A stretch of 64,000 nt of DNA, from positions 69,713 through 133,712 of the forward strand of contig CBDFMP010000048.1 in assembly GCA_965249715.1 (NCBI GenBank), written 5' to 3'. Source of the DNA: Spirochaetota bacterium (GTDB taxonomy: Bacteria > Spirochaetota > UBA12135 > COTS27). Below, in pieces: positions 48,180 through 58,138 of this stretch (position 1 is its first letter; each line of letters begins with the position of its first letter). The notes below the pieces were generated by a model. It did not search any database and was not told the origin of the DNA. It worked only from the letters and a program-made list of their open reading frames with translations. The translations under genes were made by a program, and so were the position numbers.

Positions 48180-49413
48180 GACAATGCCGCGGAGCAATAT
48201 GCTCATGCCCTAAGCGGAGCTTGCCATCAAGTCCTAGACGATAAAACAAAGAAACGACGAGCTCACGACTATCGTTTAAAAACATTCCACCAGCAATGGT
48301 AATGGTAAAAACATTGCGCTGCGCCCTCAGTGTCCGTGTCCAAGGCAGGCTCAGCTGTGGGTGCCCTCAGCAAGCGGTGCTGTTATTTCCTGTGTTAATA
48401 GCTTAGCTTGGCTGGTTCATGTAACCAGCCGCCAGCAGCGGCACTTTGACAATGCCGCGGAGCAATGTGCTCATGCCCTAAGCGGAGCTTGCCATCTAGT
48501 CCTAGACAATAAAACAAAGAAACGACGAGCTCACGACCATCATTTAAAAACATTCCACCAGCAATGGTAATGGTAAAAACATTGCGCTGCGCCCTCAGTG
48601 TCCGTGTCCAAGGCAGGCTCAGCTGTGGGTGCCCTCAGCAAAGCGGTGCTGTTATTTCCTGTGCTAATAGCTTGGCTGGTTTCATGTAACCAGCAGCTAC
48701 CAGCGCACTTTGACAATGCCGCGGAGCAATGTGCTCATGCCCTAAGCGGAGCTTGCCATCTAGTCCTAGACGATAAAACAAAGAAACGACGAGCTCACGA
48801 ATAAAAGGCAATGGTAATGGTAAAAAAGCCCTCAGTGTCCGTGTCCAAGGCAGGCTCAGCTGTGGGTGCCATCAGCAAGCGGTGCTGTTATTTCCGAGCT
48901 TGGCTGGTTTCATGTAAGCAGCTGCCAGCGATTTAAAATACACCCCTCTAATAAAAGGCAAGCCGCCAGTAGCGGCACTTTGACAATGCCGCGGAGCAAT
49001 GTGCTCATACCCTAAGCGGAGCTTGCCACCTAGTCCTAGACGATAAAACAAAGAAACGACGAGCTCACGACCATCATTCCACCAGCAATGGTAATGGTAA
49101 AAACATTGCGCTGCGCCCTCAGTGTCCGTGTCCAAGGCAGGCTCAGCTGTGGGTGCCCTCAGCAAGCGGTGCTGTTATTTCCTGTGCTAATAGCTTGGCT
49201 GGTTTCATGTAAGCAGCTGCCAGCGATGAGCAAGATGTAAAATATTCTCATCCCTCTAATAAAAGGCAAGCCGCCAGCAGCGGCAGCAAGCGGTGCTGTT
49301 ATTTCCTGTGTTAATAGCTTGGCTGGTTCATGTAAGCTTGGCTGGTTCATGTAAGCAGCTGCCAGCGATGAGCAAGATGTAAAATATTCTCACCCCTTTA
49401 ATTTCTCATCCCT
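48163..49413 (-). repeat. About 5 degenerate tandem copies (~240-290 bp) of the 5' end (first ~90 codons) of OMP-1, some including its start region and the OMP-2 stop junction
   Basis: Recurring blocks gccagcagcggcactttgacaatgccgcggagcaat..ctcagtgtccgtgtccaaggcaggctcagctgtggg..ggctggttcatgtaa are homologous to 47415-47704. Units start near 48163, 48431, 48695 and 48962, and at least one further unit begins in the rearranged stretch after ~49230. Confidence 0.8.
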
Positions 49414-50211
49414 CTAATAAAAGGCAATGCCAAGACCGACCTGATGGACATAGTCTGTTTGTGTATTGGCGGTTAATTCCGGATAATAATCTAATGAGAC
49501 GCCATAATGGCAAACAAAGCCTATAGACGGAAGTACTCCAATGCGGTAGGTTAAATTTATGGTAGTGCGAAAACTATTTCCCCATGAGCGCAGCCCCAGC
49601 TCCACTGGTTCTGTCTCGGCGTTCAGTGAACTGATGCCTACGAGCGGTACATACCAATTGAGCTCCAATGTATGTTTTCCGATAATGAATTCACCGATGA
49701 TGGCTGCGCCTAAGGTAGTTGTGGAAAAGGTATCGTAGCGATAAAGAATAGCGTCGCTCAGCAAAGTTGTATTATTTTCAATCGTAAAACCTAGATATAG
49801 ATTGAGAACTTTCAGTGGGAGGAGATTATAGCTTAGGTTGAAGGTGCCATTGATCAAACCGCGCAATGTTTCGTCGGGAGCATTGGGGGTGAACTCATGC
49901 CAAAATATTTCCACCCGCCCAAAGCCACGGACGCGATTTTTGATAAAATCCAATTGCACCCGTCCGCCGTAAACATAATAGTATGTGATCTCGGGCACTT
50001 CTATTTCTTCAAGATAATTCGCGTACTCTGAACTGTATCCAGGCACATCTACATTGTAAAACATGACGCTGGGAAGGATTGTGAAGATAAATTTTGTTTT
50101 TTTGGACGGCTCAGTACCTTCGCTTTCGTGTGCTGTTAGTGGTAGTAGCAATAGAGCGCTGCTGACAATAACAAGAGCTGTTATTATTCTTAGGTTTTTG
50201 ATAAGTGACAT
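49414..50211 (-). CDS. Putative outer-membrane beta-barrel protein (paralogue family, member 2)
   Basis: 265 aa. Signal peptide ..ALVIVSSALLLLPLTAHE and C-terminus ..VGLGIAFY. Paralogous to 46799-47704. Confidence 0.6.
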   Translation of the reverse strand: MSLIKNLRIITALVIVSSALLLLPLTAHESEGTEPSKKTKFIFTILPSVMFYNVDVPGYSSEYANYLEEIEVPEITYYYVYGGRVQLDFIKNRVRGFGRVEIFWHEFTPNAPDETLRGLINGTFNLSYNLLPLKVLNLYLGFTIENNTTLLSDAILYRYDTFSTTTLGAAIIGEFIIGKHTLELNWYVPLVGISSLNAETEPVELGLRSWGNSFRTTINLTYRIGVLPSIGFVCHYGVSLDYYPELTANTQTDYVHQVGLGIAFY

Positions 50212-50328
50212 AACTTTTTCCTCGCTAAGCTTAAAATATTGATAATAATAGTTGTCTCAACTGTATTACCTATATTATAAATTAAAATAGTAAATTTATT
50301 GCTTTTATAATAGAGCTGTACAGTTTTT

Positions 50329-51666
50329 TCAGACTTTATTTAATGGTTTGCCGTTAAAGGCATTCAGTTCGGGAGGTACATTGAGTTTTGCGGCGGTGAT
50401 GCCTGCCCCGCTGGTTATGCTCTTTGCACTCATGAGTTGTTCTCTGCCCTTGCCAGTGGAGTGGCGCAGCACCTCTTCCCAGTCCGGTGGCAGACCTGCT
50501 TCATTGCCCTGCTCGGCGCGCAAATAGGCGCTATTGGCGTGGCTAAGCGGCGTTCCCGCGGCAATAGGCGCAGTGGCAATGAGGGAACGTTTGCTGGTAT
50601 GATAATAAGGTTTTTCGCATGCTGCCAGGGTTTTCACACCATCACCCAGTGTGGCACTCAGCTCTTCGCTGCTGTAAAACGCACTTAGTGTTTTACCAAG
50701 CAGGCTGAGCAGCTGTGTTTTGAGCGCGCGCGGATTGATCAATTTTTCGCTCAGTGCCTGTGTACAGGCACGCATGACGGGAGCTGCGGCGTTTTTGTTG
50801 GCTCCCCGTACTGTAATAAGCTCTTGCATGGTTTGGCTGAGCGCCGTGCTCAGCTCGGCAAATTCCTGCGGGATGAGCGCAACACTGTCATCGAGGCCAG
50901 CTCCGCTGCGGCTAAGCGTGAGGTGTTTTTCAAGGATAAGCGGCCTGCCTGCAAGGCCTTGCAGCCAAGCTGCCAGCAGCGGCACTTTCAAGGGATGTGG
51001 AGTGTGATCGGAGAGACCTGTGAGCATTCCTGTTGTGCGTGCAAGTGTGAGCAATGTGAGCAGGTTGTAATCGCTGGGGCGGCTGGGATAACAGGTCACA
51101 CACTGCATGAGGGCAATGCTGGCACTGAGCTTGTCAAGCGACTGCTGCTTTTGCACCGCATTTGTTTTAAGAAAACGCATGAATGCTTGGATATCGGCTG
51201 AGCGGCTCATGCCGATGGAACAGAAAACAGGAAGCTGCGTTTTTAGTACTGCACGCCAGAGGTCGTAATAGGTTAGCTCGGGGGATGCTATTTTATGCGC
51301 GGCAACGCCTAGCTCAGTGAGCAGCTGCAAACTGCGGCTGCCAAAGCAGGAAGCGAAAAACAGGATATTAGAGGCGGCTGCACTTTGTTTGAGTGCCATA
51401 AAGAATTCCCGCTCACGTTCCAATGTTTTAAACTTTTGGTACAGCTGGACGCGTTTGCCCCCCAGTCTGAGTGTACCGCTTTCAGGATGAAGAATTTCAT
51501 CAGCGAAGACAACTTGAAATTTGACGGCGTTTGCACCGGCACTTGCCGCTGCATGGATAAGTTCCTTGGCATGCTGCAGGCTGCCTGCATGTGCGGTGCC
51601 GGCCTCAGCAATGAGGAAAACATTATGCCGACTGTGCCGGGCAAGAAATGTCTGCATGACGCCCAT
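50329..51666 (-). CDS. NeuB-family sialic-acid-type (N-acetylneuraminate/pseudaminate-like) synthase, long form
   Basis: 445 aa. FLIAEAGTAHAGSLQHAKELIHAAASAGANAVKFQ and ..AHKIASPELT.. are typical of NeuB. The C-terminal region is SAF-like. No neuA/neuC lies nearby. Confidence 0.7.
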   Translation of the reverse strand: MGVMQTFLARHSRHNVFLIAEAGTAHAGSLQHAKELIHAAASAGANAVKFQVVFADEILHPESGTLRLGGKRVQLYQKFKTLEREREFFMALKQSAAASNILFFASCFGSRSLQLLTELGVAAHKIASPELTYYDLWRAVLKTQLPVFCSIGMSRSADIQAFMRFLKTNAVQKQQSLDKLSASIALMQCVTCYPSRPSDYNLLTLLTLARTTGMLTGLSDHTPHPLKVPLLAAWLQGLAGRPLILEKHLTLSRSGAGLDDSVALIPQEFAELSTALSQTMQELITVRGANKNAAAPVMRACTQALSEKLINPRALKTQLLSLLGKTLSAFYSSEELSATLGDGVKTLAACEKPYYHTSKRSLIATAPIAAGTPLSHANSAYLRAEQGNEAGLPPDWEEVLRHSTGKGREQLMSAKSITSGAGITAAKLNVPPELNAFNGKPLNKV

Positions 51667-51705
51667 AACACAATGGACAATGGGGCTGCGAATTTATGTG
51701 GATGG

Positions 51706-52115
51706 CTAACGCGTCAGCAGCACTGCAGCTGCCAGCGCAGCCCAGGCGGCTACAAATGCCAGCCCGCCAATGGGAGCAATCATTCCCAGCCACTGCCAGT
51801 TGCTGAGTGCCAGAAAATACAAACTGCCTGAGAAGAAGAGGATGCCAAGACCAAAGCCCCATGCCGCGCCAAGCAGCCAAGTGCTATTTAGCGAGCTGTC
51901 TTTCATGAGAATACCGGTAGCCAGCAATGCCAGACTATGAAAAAAGTGATAGTGGTTTGCCGTTGTGAATGTTGGCGCGCGGTCATCACCGGGAGCGGCG
52001 CAGTGAGAATGGGCGCCAGGGCATGCGCACCAAATGCGCCGATGAGCACGGCTAAACCTCCCAAGCTACTGGCGCTTAGCAGGACTAGCTGCGCTAAGTG
52101 TTTCACGTCTGGCAT
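51706..52115 (-). pseudogene. DUF423-family small membrane protein split by a frameshift
   Basis: The N-terminal part from ATG 52115 reads ..GGLAVLIGAFGAHAL... The conserved continuation FTTANHYHFFHSLALLATGIL.. is in another frame around 51940-51990. The C-terminal part is 51706-51927 (..FFSGSLYFLAL..IAPIGGLAFV). Confidence 0.6.
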
Positions 52116-52120
52116 GGTGC

Positions 52121-52864
52121 TCAGGGACTGATTGTTGTTTTTAGATATTCGCGATTTAGGTGTGCGATTGTGTTGTAAGGAATACTTTTGGGGCAGGCAG
52201 CACTGCATTCGGCTTCATTGGTACAGGCACCAAACTTGGCTGCGTCCATAGCGGTGACCATATTGACCACGCGTGTTTTGTGTTCGACTTGTCCCTGCGG
52301 GAGCTGGAAGAGGTGATTGATCTTAGCAGCGGTAAAGAGCATGGCAGCGGCATTTTTGCAACTGGCTACACACGCGCCGCAGCCAATGCACGCGGCGGCT
52401 TCAAAGGCAGCATCAGCATTGTGTTTGGGCACGGGTAGGTTGTTGGCCTCAGGCGCTGAACCACTGCGTACGCTGATATAACCACCGGCATGGAGAATAT
52501 GCTCAAATGCACTCCTGTCGACAATCAGATCTTTTTGCACGGGAAAGGCACGCGCACGCCAGGGCTCCACAATGATGGTATCGCCGTCTTTAAATTCACG
52601 CATATGCAGCTGGCAGACGGTTGTTGCTTTGCGCCCGCCATGGGGTTTGCCATTGATCATCATGCCGCAACTCCCGCAGATGCCTTCGCGGCAATCGTGT
52701 TCAAAAGCAATGCCGTCTTGGTCTGCACTCTCCAGCTGCTCATTGAGCATATCTAACATCTCTAAAAATGAAATGTCCGGACTCACGTCTGTTAAACGAT
52801 GTGTTTGCAATTTCCCTTTTGCAGTCGCGCTGGCCTGCCGCCAAATTTTAAGTGTGAGGTTCAT
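52121..52864 (-). CDS. sdhB: Succinate dehydrogenase/fumarate reductase iron-sulfur subunit
   Basis: Cys clusters CREGICGSC, CIGCGACVASC and CTNEAECSAACP. Probable start is ATG at 52864. Confidence 0.92.
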   Translation of the reverse strand: MNLTLKIWRQASATAKGKLQTHRLTDVSPDISFLEMLDMLNEQLESADQDGIAFEHDCREGICGSCGMMINGKPHGGRKATTVCQLHMREFKDGDTIIVEPWRARAFPVQKDLIVDRSAFEHILHAGGYISVRSGSAPEANNLPVPKHNADAAFEAAACIGCGACVASCKNAAAMLFTAAKINHLFQLPQGQVEHKTRVVNMVTAMDAAKFGACTNEAECSAACPKSIPYNTIAHLNREYLKTTISP

Positions 52865-52921
52865 GACAATTTCAATTCTCCAATGTTTGCATGCGGTGAG
52901 CTCAGTTAACTTGTAATGGGC

Positions 52922-52965
52922 AACAGCGCAGCGGGACAGCACAAATACTGCTCCGCTGCGCTGTT
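52922..52965 (-). other. 13-bp perfect-stem hairpin in the 215-nt sdhA-sdhB spacer
   Basis: aacagcgcagcgg (52922-52934) pairs with ccgctgcgctgtt (52953-52965) around an 18-nt loop. No U-run follows on the transcribed strand. Confidence 0.6.
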
Positions 52966-53079
52966 AGCTGTAATTTGCTGCGAGCCTAGTCGCAACCACA
53001 ACCACAGCCACAGCCAGATGTTAACTTTTTCATTATGCAATGCTCCTCTGAAAATTTAGGATCCCCTAGGTTTAAGGCA

Positions 53080-54993
53080 TTATTTATAACTGCGTTGTGA
53101 GAGTGAAACATTTTCAAACTGCAGTTCTTCTTGATGACGTTCGGGCTCAGTAGCAGTGCCTTTATACTCCCATGCTGCTACGTGACTGAAAGCTTTATCA
53201 TTGCGTTTGGCTTCATTTTCTGCTGTTTGGTACTCTTCACGGAAATGTGCGCCACAAGACTCCTCACGATTGAGGGCATCTAAGATCATCAGATCGCAAA
53301 ATTCCAGATAATCGCTTACACGGCCAGCTTTTTCCAGCGATGCATTGATGTCATCGTGTGCACCTGCAATAGAGACATTGCTGTAAAACTCTTCACGCAG
53401 CGCTTTTGTGAGCGTGAGTGCTTTTTTCAGTCCAGCGTGTGTGCGTGCCATGCCGCAGTATTCCCACATGAGCTTGCCAAGTTTGCGATGAAAATAATCC
53501 ACGGATTTGTCACCCTTAATGGCAAGTAACTTCTGTGTTTGTTGTTCCACCTTAACAATAGCCGTTTTAAAACATTCGGCATTTTCTGCACTGCGTGTAG
53601 GTTTTGCTGAAGCAAGGTAATTTCCCAATGTGTAAGGAACTACAAAATAGCCGTCCGCCAGTCCCTGCATCAATGCCGAAGCACCCAAACGATTGGCGCC
53701 GTGATCAGAGAAGTTGGCTTCACCCAACACAAAAAGCCCCTTGACGGTGCTCATGAGATTATAATCCACCCATAACCCGCCCATGGTGTAATGCACAGCG
53801 GGGTAAATACGCATTGGTGTGCGGTAGGGGTTTTCACCGGTAATGCGTTCATACATTTCAAAAAGATTGCCGTATTTATCGCGGATTGCAGGTTCACCCA
53901 GCCGTTTGATAGCCACTGCAAAATCCAGATACACGGCAAGCCCCGTTTTGCCTACGCCGCGTCCTTCGTCACAAGCTTCTTTGGCACGGCGTGAGGAAAT
54001 GTCACGCGGCGCCAGGTTGCCAAAACTAGGATAAATGCGCTCCAAATAATAATCGCGTTCTGTTTCGGGAATGTCAACAGCTTTACGGCGATCACCTTTT
54101 TGCTGCGGGACCCAGACACGGCCATCATTGCGCAGCGATTCGCTCATTAACGTGAGCTTCGATTGAAAAGCTTCGGATACAGGAATACAGGTGGGGTGAA
54201 TTTGTGTGAAACAGGGATTGGCAAAAGCGGCACCTTGTTTGTACGCGCGATAAGCGGCGGTGACATTGGAAGCTTTGGCATTGGTGGAGAGGTAGAAGAC
54301 ATTGCCGTAGCCGCCCGTGCAAAGCAGTACCGCATGGCCAGCAAACGCCTTAATTTCGCCGTTTGTAAGGTTGCGCGTAATGATGCCGCGCGCAATATTA
54401 TTTTCTGTCACCAGTTCCAGCATTTCGTGCTGGGTGTACATTTCAATAGCACCACGGGCTATTTCTTTATTCAGCGCACCGTAAGCGCCCAGCAACAGCT
54501 GCTGACCTGTCTGCCCGCGTGCGTAAAATGTCCGCGAGACCTGCGCCCCGCCAAACGAGCGATTGTCCAACAACCCGCTGTATTCACGCGCAAACGGCAC
54601 CCCTTGCGCCACACATTGATCAATAATATTCACGGAGACCTGCGCCAGCCGATAAACATTGGCTTCCCGTGAGCGATAATCGCCGCCTTTAATGGTATCG
54701 TAAAAGAGGCGATAGATGCTGTCGCCATCATTTTGATAATTTTTTGCAGCGTTAATGCCGCCCTGTGCAGCAATGGAATGCGCCCGCCGCGGCGAGCTGT
54801 GAATGCAAAAGACCTTTACGTGATAACCCAGCTCTGCAAGTGTGGCAGCGGCAGCTGCACCTGCAAGTCCCGTTCCCACCACCAGTATTGTAAATTTACG
54901 GCGATTGGCGGGATTGATCAATTTCATATCAAATTTATGTTTATCCCACTTTTCAGCAAGCGGGCCGCTGGGTATTTGGCTATCAAAATTCAC
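53080..54993 (-). CDS. sdhA: Succinate dehydrogenase/fumarate reductase flavoprotein subunit
   Basis: 637 aa with FAD motif [24 protein letters not shown] and HYTMGG. Confidence 0.95.
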   Translation of the reverse strand: MNFDSQIPSGPLAEKWDKHKFDMKLINPANRRKFTILVVGTGLAGAAAAATLAELGYHVKVFCIHSSPRRAHSIAAQGGINAAKNYQNDGDSIYRLFYDTIKGGDYRSREANVYRLAQVSVNIIDQCVAQGVPFAREYSGLLDNRSFGGAQVSRTFYARGQTGQQLLLGAYGALNKEIARGAIEMYTQHEMLELVTENNIARGIITRNLTNGEIKAFAGHAVLLCTGGYGNVFYLSTNAKASNVTAAYRAYKQGAAFANPCFTQIHPTCIPVSEAFQSKLTLMSESLRNDGRVWVPQQKGDRRKAVDIPETERDYYLERIYPSFGNLAPRDISSRRAKEACDEGRGVGKTGLAVYLDFAVAIKRLGEPAIRDKYGNLFEMYERITGENPYRTPMRIYPAVHYTMGGLWVDYNLMSTVKGLFVLGEANFSDHGANRLGASALMQGLADGYFVVPYTLGNYLASAKPTRSAENAECFKTAIVKVEQQTQKLLAIKGDKSVDYFHRKLGKLMWEYCGMARTHAGLKKALTLTKALREEFYSNVSIAGAHDDINASLEKAGRVSDYLEFCDLMILDALNREESCGAHFREEYQTAENEAKRNDKAFSHVAAWEYKGTATEPERHQEELQFENVSLSQRSYK

Positions 54994-55029
54994 GTTTGTC
55001 TTCCTGAATAAATTATTGTTCGCTACTGC

Positions 55030-55728
55030 TTAGCGATAACCAAGCCAAATGGCAAAAGGGATGCTGGCAAAACCAATGGCAACAATAAAACCAAAACTGA
55101 ACGCAAGCCACTTGAGAGGACTTTCCAATTTTCCACTGTAAATGCCGATTGACTTGAAGGCACTCTGCAGACCATGTGAGAGATGAGCACCCACAAGGCA
55201 GACGGCGATAATATAAAGCCACGCGTAAACAGGATCACTCAGGTGCGTAAGCAGCAAGCTGTAAAGGTCGTACATGGTTTCACCGGGGACGCCGGGCACA
55301 GGAATACTTGTTTTTTCACCGAAGCGAAACCCGCGCACATGCATCATGACAAATACCAGCACAATAGTGCCGGTAATGCCCATATTGGCTGAGAATAGGG
55401 TGCTTTTACCAAGGGTGCGGCGTGTGCTGTATTTAACAGGACGTGCGCGGCTGTTTGTCCAGGTATTCCACGCGGTAAGTCCAATGTGCAACAGAAAACC
55501 CGCTAAAATACCCAGCTCCAGCACGGTATAAATGGCTTTGTTTTTGCTAAGCTGATAACCGTAATAGTTAAAGGCATCTGCACTGACGTAAAAAAGCAGA
55601 TTGCCCAAAAGATGAACAATGATAAACCCAATTAAAAATAATCCCGAAAATGCAACAATGCCTTTTCTGCCAATAGAGGAGTTGAGAACAGTTTTTAGCG
55701 TAGAACTTTTTGTTTGCGTTGAATTCAT
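55030..55728 (-). CDS. sdhC: Succinate dehydrogenase cytochrome b subunit (single large b558-type anchor)
   Basis: Polytopic ORF of ~232 aa with five TM segments, immediately upstream of sdhA. ATG at 55728; the track starts at GTG 55761. Confidence 0.8.
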   Translation of the reverse strand: MNSTQTKSSTLKTVLNSSIGRKGIVAFSGLFLIGFIIVHLLGNLLFYVSADAFNYYGYQLSKNKAIYTVLELGILAGFLLHIGLTAWNTWTNSRARPVKYSTRRTLGKSTLFSANMGITGTIVLVFVMMHVRGFRFGEKTSIPVPGVPGETMYDLYSLLLTHLSDPVYAWLYIIAVCLVGAHLSHGLQSAFKSIGIYSGKLESPLKWLAFSFGFIVAIGFASIPFAIWLGYR

Positions 55729-55907
55729 GATAAGCCGATGTTCGAGTTCGGCGGTTGTCACCGCTGAGCTCTCATACCTTAGATTATAATACTATTAACT
55801 TGTAATTCGTTAAAAAATATTAAAAAAAAACTTAAAAATAGTACAAGTTTTTTTATTAAACTGAGTAAATGAACAGAAACTTAGCCGATTTTTAAGCTGG
55901 GCAGCCC

Positions 55908-56186
55908 ATGGCAAAACATCAAACACTTCGTAAGGAAGTAAAAGTAGGCGTTAAACTCTTGCGCGGACATGACGAGGTGAAAAAAATTATAATCGGGCGT
56001 TATGAGAATTGCCGCCATCGTTATGCACCTGGGGCATTTAAGACAATGAGCAAGACGAAGAGTGGGTTTAAACTGAAAGCTTTTGATGGATCGGGTGTAC
56101 ACGATCTGCACGTGTACTTAAAAACACCACTTTCAGCTGCTGCGCGTACGCTCGTAGAGGCTTACATTAAACATGTAAGCAGATGA
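55908..56186 (+). CDS. Hypothetical small basic protein
   Basis: 92-aa ORF with an ATG start in an otherwise non-coding gap. I recognise no family. Confidence 0.35.
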   Translation: MAKHQTLRKEVKVGVKLLRGHDEVKKIIIGRYENCRHRYAPGAFKTMSKTKSGFKLKAFDGSGVHDLHVYLKTPLSAAARTLVEAYIKHVSR

Positions 56187-56319
56187 TAGTTCAGGTTCTT
56201 TTGCTTTCAGAAAGAAAAATAAATTTTCTTTAAAAATTGCTACACAATAGTACAATCGTGATATAGCTTATGAGTGTGGGTGAAGAGCCGACGCTGCACT
56301 TGTTTTGAGGTTAGTTAAA

Positions 56320-56736
56320 ATGAATAAGGACGTACTTTACACAGCATCAGATGTTGCTAATTTTTTTCTTGGGCAGCTGAAAAATAAAAAAAAGCCAGGA
56401 ACACTCAAACAGGAAAGGCAACTTTCAGCCACTATTCGTGCGATGAAAATTTGGGGCTTAGTAATTTCATTTGTCATACTCTCAGTTCCATTAGTCTTAG
56501 TTGCATTTGTTTTAGCAATCTTATGGATGCTGCATAAAATATGGCTTTTGAATAAAGTTTTTGGGATTAAAACTGCTAAACCTGTTAAATTTGGACCGAA
56601 TAAGGTTTTGAAATATGCCTTCAGTGTTATGAAATACACACTGGTGGCTGCATTGGGGATTGTTTTTAAGGCAGCACTTCAAAAAGTGCGCCCTAAAAGC
56701 TTCGCTCACGCGCCCATCAAAGCGCGCAGCATGTAG
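56320..56736 (+). CDS. Hypothetical membrane protein
   Basis: ORF of ~138 aa from ATG 56320 with two hydrophobic segments (WGLVISFVILSVPLVLVAFVLAILWML; LVAALGIVF). Its 3' end overlaps the convergent mgsA by 31 nt. Confidence 0.4.
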   Translation: MNKDVLYTASDVANFFLGQLKNKKKPGTLKQERQLSATIRAMKIWGLVISFVILSVPLVLVAFVLAILWMLHKIWLLNKVFGIKTAKPVKFGPNKVLKYAFSVMKYTLVAALGIVFKAALQKVRPKSFAHAPIKARSM

Positions 56737-57095
56737 AAAGCTGTAGCGGGATTGGTGGCTAGCGGGATATTGTGCAGGTCAGCTAGGCGCAGCAGCATTT
56801 GAATATCGGGTTCGTGCGGGTGTTTGCCCAACGGGTCGCGAAAAAAGATAATGGCAGCGAGCTTTTTGCGTGCAGCAAGTGCAGCAATTTCCGCATCGCC
56901 GCCAAGTGGCCCTGATAGCTTGGTCGTAACTTTGAGCCCCGCGTGTTTGACGTGCTTACCGGTGGTACCAGTGGCTATTAGCTTGGCATGTTTTAAAATA
57001 TCAATGTGATCTTTTAAAAATGCGACCATCTCCGCTTTTTTGCCGTCATGGGCAATGAGTGCAATAGGCTTAATTTGCTTCTTAGCTGTTTTCAT
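56706..57095 (-). CDS. mgsA: Methylglyoxal synthase
   Basis: 129 aa with IALIAHDGKKAEMVAF, LIATGTTG and DPLGKHPHEPDI. Confidence 0.88.
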   Translation of the reverse strand: MKTAKKQIKPIALIAHDGKKAEMVAFLKDHIDILKHAKLIATGTTGKHVKHAGLKVTTKLSGPLGGDAEIAALAARKKLAAIIFFRDPLGKHPHEPDIQMLLRLADLHNIPLATNPATAFYMLRALMGA

Positions 57096-57253
57096 TGTTA
57101 ATGTTTATTTAAACTCCTCTTCACAACAAGGAATTAGTGGGCAGCTTTATTATACTCTTAATTGCATAAAAATAAGGTAATTGTTTGAAGACTTTTCCTA
57201 ACTAAGTTATAATTCAGTAACTTGGATAAATAACCGTTGATACAACTGTTACG

Positions 57254-58138
57254 ATGGACATATTGTCAGCTCCCGCACTTTCCTTAACACCTCTTAATTC
57301 TTATCAGGTCAAGCTTCCCACATGGAGCGGTCCTATGGAATTATTACTGGACCTCATTCGTTCAGCGCAACTGGAAATTACCGAACTCTCGCTTACACAA
57401 ATAACGGAAGATTACCTAAATCGCCTTACTGAGCTTAAACGGCTGGACATTGCCGTGAGTGTGGATTTTTTAGTTATGGGGGCGACGTTGGCGCTTTATA
57501 AAACGCGCGCGCTTCTGGGAGAGCCGGCTGAAGTGGAAGCAGCCGATGCCTACAAGGAAGCATTGGTCCAGCAACTGCTTAAATATGAGCAATACAAACA
57601 GGCGGCTATGCGTTTGGAACAGTTTTTGGAGCAGACGCCCGCTGTTACATTGGAAAAGGTGTCCTTAACAGCGCGTTTGCCGGCGACTGCTAAAGCTTAT
57701 CCTGTGGAACAACATGGGCAGTGGCAGCCTGCATCTTTGGCGGACTTGGCTGCGGCATTTTATCGCATCATGGATCGGCAGACACAAACGCTTGCCAAAG
57801 ATTCTTTTAGCAAATTTGCAGAAAAGGTTGAGGAGAAACGTTTATGGATAGTCAGCGAGCTTAAAGGCGCGCGCGGGATGAAAGGAGTGCCATTTTCGTA
57901 TTTTGTCAAAGCTGCAAGCGGCAACGCACCACTGCCCAGTGAAGTGCTGGCTGTGTTTGTCGCGCTTTTAGAACTTTACAAGCTGGCACAGCTGGAAGCT
58001 TATCAAGCTGAAGCTTTCGCAGAGATTATGCTCTTTAATAATGCCGCGCGTGCGCGCTCAACACCCGCTGAAACCAAGTCGACTGCTGCCACTGAAGTCA
58101 AACACGTCGACACAGCAGACGAACAAGCAGATCACTAA
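57254..58138 (+). CDS. scpA: Segregation and condensation protein A (kleisin)
   Basis: 294 aa. N-terminal GPMELLLDLIRSAQLEITELSLTQITEDYL is typical of ScpA. Its last ~56 codons form unit 0 of the downstream repeat array. Confidence 0.85.
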   Translation: MDILSAPALSLTPLNSYQVKLPTWSGPMELLLDLIRSAQLEITELSLTQITEDYLNRLTELKRLDIAVSVDFLVMGATLALYKTRALLGEPAEVEAADAYKEALVQQLLKYEQYKQAAMRLEQFLEQTPAVTLEKVSLTARLPATAKAYPVEQHGQWQPASLADLAAAFYRIMDRQTQTLAKDSFSKFAEKVEEKRLWIVSELKGARGMKGVPFSYFVKAASGNAPLPSEVLAVFVALLELYKLAQLEAYQAEAFAEIMLFNNAARARSTPAETKSTAATEVKHVDTADEQADH

